The position numbers and the translations under genes were made by a program. The notes under the pieces are model-generated. The model saw nothing but the letters and a program-made list of their open reading frames with translations, was not told the DNA's origin and ran no database searches. A DNA stretch of 64,000 bases from the human T2T-CHM13v2.0 reference genome, Homo sapiens: assembly GCA_009914755.4 (NCBI GenBank), contig CP068257.2:25216001-25280000 (forward strand). Direction: 5' to 3'. Each line of letters opens with the position of its first letter. Position 1 is the stretch's first letter. Below, piece by piece: positions 26,495 to 42,500 of this stretch.

Positions 26495-26875
26495 GTCTGA
26501 ACGGTTTGTTTGTTTTCCTACTCCCCTAAATTCATACATTGAAATCTGATTTCCAACATGAAAGCATTAGATGGTGAGGCCTTGGGGATGTGATTAGGTC
26601 ATGAGGGCTCCACCTTCACGAATGGGATTAGCACCCTTATAAAAGAGACCCCAGAGAGCTAGCTAGCCCCTTTCACCATGTGAGGTTACAATGAAAAGAT
26701 GTCTGTCTATGCAGAACAGAGTCCTCACCAGATACTGAATCTCCCGGTGCCTCGATCTTGGACTTCCCAGCTCCATAACTGTGAGAAATAAATTTATGTT
26801 GTTTATATGCTACTCAGACTTAGGTATTTTTGTTATAGTAGCCTAAAGAGACGAAGAGAATAAGACAGTTGCTAG
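26495..26875 (+). repeat. MLT1-type MaLR LTR, plus orientation.
   Basis: AAATTCATACATTGAAATCTGATTTCCAACATGAAAGCATTAGATGGTGAGGCCTTGGGGATGTGATTAGGTCATGAGGGCTCCACC...CCCTTATAAAAGAGACCCCAGAGAGCTAGC...CTCGATCTTGGACTTCCCAGCTCCATAACTGTGAGAAATAAATTTATGTTGTTTATA matches my recollection of the MLT1A consensus. Confidence 0.7.
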
Positions 26876-28550
26876 CTTCCACCTTTCAAAGCTCTTCTGG
26901 ACATTCAAGACTATTTGGCTTTATCACATCAGGTGCATTCTAGACCATCTTTATTGGTCAGCTTAGCTCACATCCATGAGCGGCAGGCTTTTATCTGTGC
27001 TAAGGAGGGAATCTCCTAGTATGCCTGGGCTCTTGGCCTTCACATTCTAAGATCATGCTCCTATTCATGCTGCTTTCCATCTGGTCTGACAGCAGGTGAC
27101 ATAAGTGGGTCTGCTAGGACAGGCAGGTACTGTCCTCAATTTTTCTCTACAGGTAGTAATGCTCCAATGTGTAAAACGGCAGTTCTAGACTTAAGAACTT
27201 CACTTTCTACATAAGCTTAGCTGAGATAATTAATACAAATTTACAGTGATGGCAATAGTAGTGTTAAGTATTCTGTTCACTCCTATACATTTTATGGCCC
27301 ACTTGCAAGGTGAGACTATGTGAGCTGAAAGGAATTTTGTCTTCTGATTAGAGGCAATAAAAATTCCTTGCACATTTCTCTAGTTTTTCTCTTCCCTTGC
27401 CATTGCAACTGAGCATAATGTAGCACCAAATATGAGAGCCTTTGTTTACTGAATACCTGAGTGACGGCACAGTAGAGCTACCTGATGGCTCATATGGGAC
27501 ATTTAGTGTAAGAAAAAAACTTCTGTGAGGTCATTGAAATTCCTGGATTTTTTGTTAGTACAGCACAAATTAACCTATCTTGACTAGTGTAGTTACACAG
27601 AGCTTTTGTATGCAACAAGTGTGTGTTTCACTGGAGGCACTATTAGGAGAAATTGTGCAAATCCTCACAAACATGAGACTGGAACAAGCTTTTAGAAGAC
27701 AGTTAAGATTATAGGATAAGTTGAGAAAGCCATGAAGACATATTGAGCTGGGAACTCTAGCAAAGGAGTGGGAAGAGAAATGCGTATGGTACAGTAAAGC
27801 TGGCTTGAAGAGGACAAGGTGTTTAAGTCATAGAGTTATATAGGATGAACTTTCATGGATGTGGAGAATCCAGAGTGAGGAAACAGCTTGAGAGTTCACA
27901 TGATGTTTTTAAGGAAGATGAGGAGCAAAAGGGGCCAGATGGAAGCAGTAGGCAAAAGCTCAGGAAGATGATGTTGGCGGTGTTGCTCACAATACCTAGA
28001 CAAGATGATATTTCACCTAATTAGTTAGTATCAGAGAAAGGTTGGCATGTGCTGGATAATTTGTAACTATAATAATAGATTTATTGGAGCATTCAGTTAT
28101 AAATCATGAGTGAGAGGAAGAGATAGGAAACAAAAAACACTAAAAAAAAAAAAGGAGTTAATGAAGAATGGCCATGCCTCTACAGAAATAGAAGGTGAAA
28201 GAGAACTAATTAGAGTGAAGATAACTGATTTACGATTGAATACATTTTGTTTACAATAAAGGCAAGCTCTCTGGACAGTTGTATGTAAGGAAATAAAACA
28301 ATTAGAAGTAAGAACAGGAGTTACATATTTGGGATTAATGCTAGGTGATGATAATTTGCCTTTAGATTATAATCATATATATAGAGAGAATTATCTATCT
28401 GTACAAAGATGTGCAAAGTGCTGATGAGTGTGACTTGTTCATGGTAGAAAAAGGAAGACAAGTTCTTGAAGAACTGCATCAAGTATCTTTTGTAAACAGC
28501 ATGTTGAGCTCATTACCATATACATGGTGCCTTTTTTGTTGTTACTAATG

Positions 28551-28920
28551 TGATATGGTTAAGCTTTGTGTCCCCACCCAAATCTCATCTTGAACTGTAA
28601 TCCCCAGGTATTAAGGTAGGAATCTGGGAGAGGCGATTGGATCATGGGGGCACTTTCCCCCATGTTGTTCTCATGATAGTGACAGAGTTCTCGTGAGATA
28701 TGATGGTTTTATAAGCTTCTGGCATTTCCCCTGCTTGCTCTTCTGTCTCCTGCTGCCACGTGAAGAAGGTGCTTGCTTCCCCTTCACCCTCCACCATGAT
28801 TGGAAGTTTCCTGAGACCTCCCTAGCCATGCAGAACTCTGAGTCAATTAAATCTCCTTTATTTATAAATTACCCAGTCTGGAGTAGTATCTTTATAGCAG
28901 TGTGAAAACGGACTAATACA
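28551..28920 (+). repeat. THE1-type MaLR solo LTR, plus orientation.
   Basis: TGATATGGTTAAGCTTTGTGTCCCCACCCAAATCTCATCTTGAACTGTAATCCCCAGG...CCACCATGATTGGAAGTTTCCTGAGACCTCCCTAGCCATGCAGAACTCTGAGTCAATTAAATCTCCTTTATTTATAAATTACCCAGTCTGGAGTAGTATCTTTATAGCAGTGTGAAAACGGACTAATACA. Confidence 0.85.
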
Positions 28921-31900
28921 AAGTGCCTATGAAACCATGTTTATGTTTTTACAACTTTTATTCCATTTGACTCCATCCTAGGAGAATATCTGCAGCAATA
29001 GTCCACTCATTCTCTGGTTTCTTGTACAACTTTCTATTATTTTTGTCTGAATTTATTTATTCAGGGAAGATCGTCAAAAAAAGGTTGCATATTTCTTCTT
29101 GGGCTGCAATGGACAATCTTAGCTCATTCTTACATGTTATAAAACCAATTATCTCAGGCTGGATCATGCATCAATATAGTCAGTGTTATCCCACAACATG
29201 AAGAGCTTTATGAACATCTATAGTTTTTTTTGAAATGTCCATGAGAGTTTACCGCTCACTCGAGTCAACAGAAGCTTTACATGAATCTGTAAAGTTTGTT
29301 TCCTCTATTGTAATACATTTTTTATGATCTAGAGTTGGCATTTTTAGAGAGTCCTGAAACTCTCTAGGTATTAAGATGTTTCTCGTGCTTACAAGGAGAA
29401 TGCCTTAAAATGTGTTCTCTGATCTTTTCTATTATTTGGGTCTATAGAAAAGATACTGTATACGTTGCTTCTGAACATATTTTATATGTGTTCAGTTAGT
29501 CAATAAACATGTATTGGATGATTTCATGTGCTAGGTGTCCTACTAAGTGTGGAGAATACAAAGATGAAGCAAGCACAGTTTCCAAAATCAAAGAACAGCA
29601 CCTGCCTTCTAGAAAGAAAGGCAAACAAAGGAAGAGAAAATTAGAGTATAGAGTGATAAATATTGTGTTAGAGGTAGGCACAGAGGGACTAGCACAGCAA
29701 TACAAAGAGGAAGCAGATTTCTTAGGCCTGGAGGTGGGAAATTCAGAGCTTGTCAGGTGAAATGAGGGCAGTGAGCAGGAAGGGCATTCCAGCCAGAGAA
29801 GCAGCCAGTGCTCAGGCCAGATGAGAGAGCTGTAAGTAGCTCAATATGCTTGTAGCACAGAGTGGTGAGAGATGAAGCCGGAGAGATAAGCAAGTGCCAA
29901 ATCATGATAGACCTTGCTTCTTCAATTGTTTGTTTAGTTACAGCTCACTTTGTTCCAGAAGAGTTTTTACGTGCATTGAAGGGCCGTGAATACCACACTA
30001 AGACATTTGGAGCCCTTCCTAAAATGTTGGCAAGCCTCAGGAAGAAAGCAACATGATCAGATTTGCATTTTAGAAGGATAATTCTATCTTCTTAGAGGAG
30101 AATGAATTGTAAGGAACAAAGACAGAAGCAGAGAGGCCATTTAGGAAATTGCTGCAGTCCTTCAGATGAGAAATGCACCACGAGGGGCTAAATTAAAGTA
30201 GTAGCTTTGGGAATGGAGAGAAACAAGAGATATAGAATAAGCACAATGAACATGGCTTGCTAATAAATATTTTCTCAATGAATGAGTTGTGACTAATTAG
30301 ATGTATGGGGTGAGAACAAGAGGTAATTAAAAAATGAATTTCAGGTTTAGACTTGGGAAACCAGGTGGGTGACAAGAGAACTCATTGCTTGGATACTGAA
30401 TGCATTCCTTCTGAGTTCTTTTTACACCTGGGAACTGTAATTGTTGTGTGTGGGTTAATCTTAACTGTGTGGTAAATGCCCTAAGCATAAGTACTGTCTT
30501 CCTTTTCTCGTATTATTTTTCTAGCACTGAGAACTTTAGAGTTACGTTCATTGAACTAACTATAATTCAATGAACCTGGCCCAGGTCGTTATCTATTTAA
30601 GAATGAGTGACAGGTCTTAACTCTTAATTCACTAGTATTCTTTGGTTGTGTGCAAAAGAAACTGACCCTGACTAACATGAACCAAAGAAAACTGTGGTGA
30701 GTTATTGAGGATTCTCAGACTTGATATATAGTCTGGAGAAGTAGGCTTGGAAATAGGCAAGCAGAAAAGTACATGCAGCAAACTGATCAAGAACCACAGA
30801 AAGTCTCCTGTAACATGAAGGATCCAGTCAGGAAGCCACTGTGGAAAAGGAGAAACCACAACTTTCAATCTCTTTGTCCCTCTGCTCAAGAATCAAATTC
30901 CAGAGAGCTCTGAATTATTGCCTATCTTGAGGAACATTTTCACTGCCTAGCCTACAAGAGGTTTGGGCCCATAATTATAGTCCTGACAGAAGGGAAGGAG
31001 GTAATTCCTCAAATATTTAGAAATCATGGTGTACTTAGGAAGAGAAAAAGGATGCTAGCCAGCCAAATAATTACAAATGTCTACTTCCAGCTGATTTTAG
31101 CTTTTATTATTTTCTGTTTAGAAAGATTCTTAAAAACAAAATTGAAGCCTTATGAAGTATGGGCATGCGATTTATTTTCTGGCTAAAAAACTTGGAACTC
31201 TTTCAACTAAGCTACATTTTCGACAAAAAATTCTATTCTGTAGCTTCTAGGAAGTAAAATGAATATGTTTTTAAAGAGTAGGACATAGGCTCTGAACTAA
31301 TGAGATACAATCAAAAACTTTATACTTGGAAATAAATATTATTTAGTTCTGAAGGAAAAAATTGAATAGGTGGGATGAGGGGAAGAAAATATATGAGTAA
31401 AAGGAGGAACACACACGGAAGAAAAATCCAGCATTATTTGGATAAGCTTCTGAGCAAAATTCAAACCAAATCTAACTCTTGAACATCCGGAGGGAACACT
31501 CGCCACTAATTACAGGACTAAGATATACAAGAAGCCACTTCAGGACCGTGGGGCCAAATCAGCCATCCGATTGTAGTTTTTAAGATGTGGCTGTGGTTGT
31601 TTGTTTGGTGGTAGGAGAAAGTTTAGATTTGCTTTCACTGGCTTTGGTGGATGTTGATATTTCTTTCATCTCTAATCTCATTCCAGAGCTAGGGAGATAC
31701 CTGTGCCAACTCTGGCTTTGTTTGCTCTGCCAGACAATCCTGATGCTGCAAAGTCAAATCATCGTGAAGGAAGTTTGTGCAAATGTGGGAAACAGGACTA
31801 TAATCCTGCTTGAAGTTTGCTTAGATTCCTGGGAAGTCTCCCTATTCCAACCCTTTTTGAGAAAGTAAGTAAAAGAACTGCTTTTATGATTGATTGTAAA

Positions 31901-32799
31901 AACTATGGAAGGGTTTAAGTTGGTCTCTATTTGAAACCACAATTTTGGTGATATTTCTATTTTCTTTCATTTCTATTTTTTTCCTAGATAACAATCTCTC
32001 TCTCTCTCTGTGTGTGTGTTTTCGAAGAAGAGCTCAACCTTGAGAAAGTCCACATTTCTGTGTAGGATAAGATAGAGATGAGACATTAGACAAAACGGGT
32101 GAAAAGTACTTTTTGAAAACCGAATGAGTATTTTCTGTGCACAATCTGATTCTGTTATTACAAGTATTAGACATGTTATAGGATGACTTTATAAACCTAT
32201 ACGATTGATGTTTACAGCTTACCTTAGAACTTCTCAGTTTTTCTTTTCCCAAGCTAGACAGATACCCCAGAAAATAAAATAATGATTATAGTGCTTTTAC
32301 TTACATTTATTATGGGAAGGGGTAATTCCTCAAATTGGAACTAAAATTGGAAATCAGATAGCATAGCTGCTTAAGGAGTAACTAAACTATTTGAATTTGT
32401 CACACAGAAAAAAGATCTGACACATTCCTTTTGCTTCAAAAATGTTTTTCTGTCCTTACTGCTAGAAGAATTGATACGCTGTCAGGAATATTGAACACAT
32501 TAAATATTGGCTTTTGAGTTAGGCAAGACAACTTCTTTAATTCTTTCCAAAAATGAGTTTCTATGTTATTATTGTGGCCAGGGATGTAGCCAAAGATGTG
32601 AGCCAAACTGCCTGGGCTTGCATCCTAGCTCTCACCTATGGAATCAGTTGCCATTCATAAATTGCAAAAAATGCAAAAAAAACAGTGGTCTTTGCAGAGC
32701 TATATCTATATATACTAGTTGATAAAGAAAAACCTGGAATTTTTATTTTATTAGTTACTCTTTCATTTGATGGTTCTGAAGAGAGTTATAAGAGTGTGA

Positions 32800-32917
32800 G
32801 TGCGTGTGTGTGTGCTTACATATCTATGTATACATATAAGTGCATGTATATATGTGTAAGTGGAAATATTTATTTACTGTATTTTATGTATGTATCTTGT
32901 GTGTGTGTATGTGTGTG
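32800..32917. repeat. TG- and TA-rich compound microsatellite.
   Basis: GTGCGTGTGTGTGTGC...TATGTATACATATAAGTGCATGTATATATGTG...TGTGTGTGTATGTGTGTG. Confidence 0.85.
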
Positions 32918-33085
32918 ACAGACTCTCACTCTGCTGCTCAGGCTACAGTGCAGTGGTGCGATCGTGTGTCACAGCAGCCCTGAGGGCCCCAGGCTCAGGT
33001 CATCCTCCCAAGTAGCCTCTGCCTCCCAAGTAGCTGAGACTGCAGGTGTGTGCCACCAGACCTGGCTAATTTTTGTATTTTTTAA
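32918..33085 (-). mobile_element. 5'-truncated Alu fragment, minus orientation.
   Basis: ACAGACTCTCACTCTGCTGCTCAGGCTACAGTGCAGTGGTGCGATC...CCTCCCAAGTAGCTGAGACTGCAGGTGTGTGCCACCAGACCTGGCTAATTTTTGTATTTTTT. Confidence 0.8.
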
Positions 33086-33835
33086 AAATAAAGATGACAG
33101 TTGTAATAAATTGAGTGAATAGTCATAATATTATCAAGCTATCCTGAGAGGAAAATCTCAGGTGAGTATCATAATGTTGCTACCCCAACCCATTTCACAT
33201 GGAATACAGTTATAGCAGGCTTAAACCACTTTTGTTTTAACTCCTTTGCCAAGCATTGTCACTTTTTGTAGTAGAGTTGAGATGATTAGGTAGGTAGAAC
33301 CCAACAGAACCCAAGACTGACCCTTGTTTACAATGGAGGTGAGTGTTGAGATGCTGCCCCATAACTGCCATCAAGACTAACTGCTGATATGGAATATGGA
33401 ATGGCATGTTAGTGATGAATGCTTAGTAATTCAATTTTTAGAAAGATTTGTTTTAGCATTTCCTTAGTCATCTCTACCTTCCTTCTAGCCTGTCATTTGT
33501 TCAAGGTGATGGAGGGTATGTGATAACTTGGAGAAATTGTTTGAACTGAATTAATCAGACTACTATTGGCAATAATATTGTGTGGCTCTTTGAGTGTTTT
33601 TTAGATTATTTCAGGAGATGTTTGAAATGAAACTTACTGGCCCTGAAGCCATTTTGAGTTACCTACCAAATTAAGAAATGGTATTCCCTGAGAAATGGAC
33701 ATAAAATTGCACTGCATTCCTAGTTATATTTTCTGATAAATTTTCATGGAAAGTAGGTGTCCTTGGATTTTATAACAGATGAATAAATTCCCAACTACAA
33801 AACGTCATTTCCAGCTTTATTCCAGTTTCCAATAC

Positions 33836-34340
33836 GATGACTGTGATGGTTAATATTGACTGTCAACTTGATTGGATTGAAGTGCAAAGTATTATTCCTG
33901 GGTGTGTCTGTGAGGGTGTTGCCAAAGGAGATGAACATTTGAGTCAGTGGACTTGGTGAGGCAGATCCACCCTCAATTTGGGTGGGCACCATCTAATCAG
34001 CTGCCAGTGTGGCTGAATAAAGCAGGCAAGAGAAGATGGAAGACAAGACTTGCTGAGTCTTCAGCCTTCATCTTTCTCTCAAGCTGGATGCTTCCTGCAT
34101 TCGAACCAGGGACTCCAAGTTCTTCAGCTTTTGGACTCTTGGAGTTATACCAGTGGTTTGCTAGGGGCTCTCCAGCCTTTGACCATAGACTGAAGGCTGC
34201 ACTGTTGGTTTCCCTACTTTTGAGTTTTTGGGACTCGGACTGATTCACCACTGGCTTCCTTGGTCCCCAACTTGCAGACAGCCTATCATGGGACTTTACC
34301 TTGTGATCGTGTGAGTCATTTCTCTTTAATAAACACCCTT
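33836..34340 (+). repeat. Ancient mammalian LTR, plus orientation, the same family as the copies at 10.4 kb and 18.3 kb. This copy is full-length.
   Basis: It starts TGTGATGGTTAATATTGACTGTCAACTTGATTGG...GGTGGGCACCATCTAATCAGCTGCCAGTGTGGCTGAATAAAGCAGGCAAGAGAAGATGGAAGACAAGACTTGCTGAGTCTTCAGCCTTCATCTTTCTC...GATCGTGTGAGTCATTTCTCTTTAATAAACACC, in the usual U3-R-polyA layout. Confidence 0.6.
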
Positions 34341-37300
34341 TCATGTATACATATATTCTATTAGTTCTGTCCCTCTAGAGAACCCTGACTAATACAATGA
34401 CCTTGTATGATTTTTATTCTAGGGAAAGGAGAGGGAGCAGAAAAAGGAATTGTAATAAGTAACCATGAGAAAGTTTTAAAATCATACCTTCTTTTTAGCA
34501 TTTACAGTTCCTGTGTTGCCATGTCCTGATTTGGGGAGGAAAATACCAGTGATACTACTTGGGGTCTGAGAGGTTTACAGTGGATTTTTCACTCGGATAT
34601 CTATATCTATCTATCTATATATACATATATATCTCAAAACTATTCAGGACTCTCTAAATTCTTCTCATGGATTCATCATCAATTCATGCCACAGTGAGAA
34701 CTTCATTCATATATGGCAGCACATCTGGAAACTGGGTGGCAAGGTCAGATTGAAGTCATGGAACATTCCAGGGAGGTCAAACATTCTAAATAGAAGCAGC
34801 TTAACTCAGAATGTTCTTCAGTAAGTGATGATTGTTTTGGCTTCTGCAGTAGCCTCATTGATGATCTGCCATTAAGAAGCTTTCAACAAGCAAATTTTTC
34901 AAAAACTTGACCTTCTGAAAGGAGGGTAAGAATTTCATTAACTGTAAGCATTAGACCATGAGCACATTATGCTTTAAATTCAGAATGTTTCTCAGAAAGT
35001 CTCACATCATCATTATTCTTTGGTTTTAGCATGACTTTGTCCAATATAGTAGCCATTAGCCACATGTGACTATTGAGCACTTGAAATGAATGTAACTAGT
35101 GAGACTGAGGAACTGAATTTTTAATTTTTAAAAAATTTTACTTTATTCAATTAAAAAATTGAATATAACATATATCATTCATATTTTTATATTGATCATA
35201 TGTTAAAATAGTTGTATTTTGAATATATTGAGTTAAATAATGTGCATTACTATTAATAATTTTACCTGTTCTTTACACATTTTTGTTAATGTGACCACCA
35301 CAAAATTTAAAATTACATATGTGGCTTGTATTATATTTCTATTAGGCCAGTTCTGCCTTTTACTTGTTGGAGACTCAAAGGTGTCTAATTTACTTAGATA
35401 CATAATCTGTCTTCCTTTTTTCACCTCTAGAGTGATGGTATATAATTGTTTTCATTAATTGATTTAATAGCTGGTTTCAGAAGAAATGACTCTGATTCTT
35501 CCATCCAATCATCTAATTACTTGAGAATATCTTGCTTTTTCTGAGAACAAATTCACTATTATCAGATAGTCGAGGTCACTATTATAATGCTCTGTTATTT
35601 CTTTTTCCCTTAGCCCCCTTTAATTCTCAAGGCTAACCCATGCAACAGTCATAGGCATGTCATTAAAAAATATTTTTGTTCATAGTTTTGATTCAATAAT
35701 ACCTCCAGGATGTCTTAATTATATCTGCTTTAGTCCAGCTAGTACATTGCTTCCTCCGGATTTCTGATATTCTTGACCTTAAACTTCTTGTCTCATTTCA
35801 CATGCTCTTGTTGATCTTGATCTAAATTACTTCCCATGTCTTTTCTCAGAATTCTGCTTTCTAAGTAATATCCTCTCAATTCCACACCTTGATTGTTGGA
35901 ACCCAGAATGGTGCAAAGCTGGATGCAAAGGCTATTGTAGGTGCTGGATACAGCTCCATAGGAAGACATGGCTTCTGACCTTATGTGACCCACAGTCTAG
36001 TGGGGGAAACACAAAGTAAACATGTGTGTTTCTTTTCCAGGATGCTAGAACCTGCCTTTCCTGTAAGCTCAGAGAGGAGAAGTAGCTGGGCATTTATTTC
36101 TCCCTGGGAACAGCCCTTGGCTAATAACTGATACATTAAGGAATAGAAATACTCCATCCCCTAATCAGGACACCTCTAAGCTGAGAACAACACGGAATGC
36201 AAACTGCCTCTGGATTATTGAGCCTAAGATACATTCTGCTGGGCTATGCTTGCTATCACAGCCTTCCTTGGTCTCCTTCCTCTTCTGGTCCCAACTCCTT
36301 CCTCCTTTACTTCTGTCCTGGGAATACTTCAAATAAGCCACTTTACCCCTAAATCCTCATTTCAGTATGATGCTTCTGGGGAATCCAACCCTGTATCAGT
36401 AATTTTAGGTACTGAAATTGGTTCTAGGAAGCCAACTTTTAGGATGAGACTTAGAATTAAATCACTCAATGCCCAGATGGCAACAGAGAAGCTGTTGTTT
36501 GTGGTGAGTGAAGGGATGATATCCTCTGGCCTGCTGTAGCATTAAATTGTTGATATTTTTACCTGTGGTGAGTTGGGATGGAATACAAGTGAAAAGGGAT
36601 GCACTGGACCACACAGCAGCTATGAAATTTAATACTTTTGTAATTTGATAGTAATTATAAGAAGGATGGGGTTGTTTAGTGGCTGCTAATTGATGTACTG
36701 CAGAAAGAAAACACTGTGCTTTGGTTAGTCAATTGCCAGTTCATGGGGAAGAAGGAGATCAAGAATTCTGTTTCACAGATATTTAGTTTGTATCTGAGGG
36801 CGATTTTAAGGAGAGTTCATATATCTGCAGATTGGGTCAAAAGCAGAAAAATAAATTTTCAAATCATCCCTCTTTACATGGTATTTAAGACAATTTGTAT
36901 TAATAAGAGTTAATACTAGCAAACAACACTAAAAGGGATCATCTCAAGAAGAAAAGAATATTGAATGGATGTTGGGTCATTCAAAGAATTGCCAGGATAT
37001 CTCAGGGAATTGTCAGGAACAAAGAGGGCTGGCAAGAGCCAGAATTGCAAGACCACGATAATGGCACAGATTCTCTCCAAAGAGGACACTGCTACTGCCA
37101 TGATGCAACTGAGTATCTCAGCTTATACAATCTCTACTTCTAGCTCTGATTCCTGGATGCCACCATAGATAGGCATCTCAGCTACTGGTGCCCTGGATAA
37201 TGAGTGTAGCTGCAGCTGACATTAGAAAGAATTCCCTATGGACTCTGTTTGTTCTATCTCACAAGCTCCAAATTTGAAGATTGGTGGATTTTTGTGATTA

Positions 37301-37429
37301 GACAAGCCAAGGCCATGCTGCCTTGTGTCCCACATAAGACACCAGTGCAGCGTGTCCTCTTTGAAACTCAGGATAACGTTTTTGAGATTCAGCCAAACTG
37401 TTGCATGTATCATGCAAATTCATTATTTT

Positions 37430-38688
37430 CTATTTCTGAGTAGTATTCCATTGTGTAGGGACACAACAGTTTGTTTATATCCTAGTATATCCTTGCCTTC
37501 ATTGAGTTCTCAAAGTTTTTTTTTTTTATAGTTCTCTTTTAGAAGCTGAATAGCTTTAGCTTTAACATTTAGGTTTATGATCCAGTCTGAGAAAATTTTC
37601 TGTATATTTAATAGTATGAAATATTGAAGTTTTTTTCCACATAGATATCCATTTGCTTCACTACTATTTTTGAAAAAACGATCCTTTTCCCATTGTATTT
37701 CTGTAGCACATTTATTGAAACATAACACTGTGCCCCGCAAATACATACAATTATTATGTGTCAGTTAAGAATAAAATTAAAATACAAAAATAAAAGAAAA
37801 CGACCATATATATGTGTATATACTTCTAAAGTTTCTATTCTGTTCCATTGAGTGATATGTTGATACAATTGACATTATCACCTTTGTGATCACTACAGCT
37901 TTGTGGTGAGTCTTAAATTGCATTAGTACACTACCTCCAACTTTTTTCTTTAAAAAAATTTTTCTTGCCTATTCTAATCATTTGAATTTCAAAATAAATA
38001 TTTGAATCAGCTTATTAGTTAGAAGGAAAAAGCTCTGCTGAAATTATGATTAGAATGATCAATACATCAACTTGGGAAAATTGACTTTTTAATATTGTGT
38101 TCTAATGAACATAATATATCTCTTCATTTAATTTTTCATAATTCCTCTCAGCAATGTTTTGTAATTTTTACAATAGAAGTCATGCATTATTTATATCCAT
38201 AGCTAAATATTTTATGCTATTGAAATTATTTTTAAACATTTCAATATGCCATTATTAGTTGCTAATATATAGAATTATAATTAATTTTTAAAATATTGAT
38301 CTTCTATCCTATATTCTTACATTATTTTAAATTTATAGGATATTCTGAGTAGATATTTTGTAGCTTCTTTAATTTTTTTTATGCTTATTATCATACTGTC
38401 TTCCAGTAAAGAAAGTTTTGTTTTATTCCCAATTTGCTAGGAGCATTTATCATGATTAGTTATTGAATGTTGTCAAATAGTTTTTTCTCCATTTAGTGAG
38501 ATAGCATATTATTTCTTTCTCTCCTCTGTTAATATCACAAATTACCTTGATTTGCTATTCAACTATTAACCAAACTTGAAATATTGTGATAAGCCCAAAT
38601 TGGTCATGTGGCACTAAATTTTTGTTTTGCTGGATTTTACTTGCTAATCTTTGGTAAAGACTTTTGTGTTTATGTTTATAAGGTATAT
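37430..38688 (-). mobile_element. Old L1 (L1M/L1P-like) fragment, minus orientation. This is the left part of a large old L1 that is interrupted by younger insertions.
   Basis: CTGAGTAGTATTCCATTGTGTAGGGACACAACAGTTTGTTTATATCC...GAATAGCTTTAGCTTTAACATTTAGGTTTATGATCCAGTCTGAGAAAATTTTCTGTATA...TCTATTCTGTTCCATTGAGTGATATG matches the L1 antisense strand from the 3' UTR into ORF2. Confidence 0.7.
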
Positions 38689-38701
38689 TGGTAGTTTTCT
38701 T

Positions 38702-42500
<3,799 letters not shown>
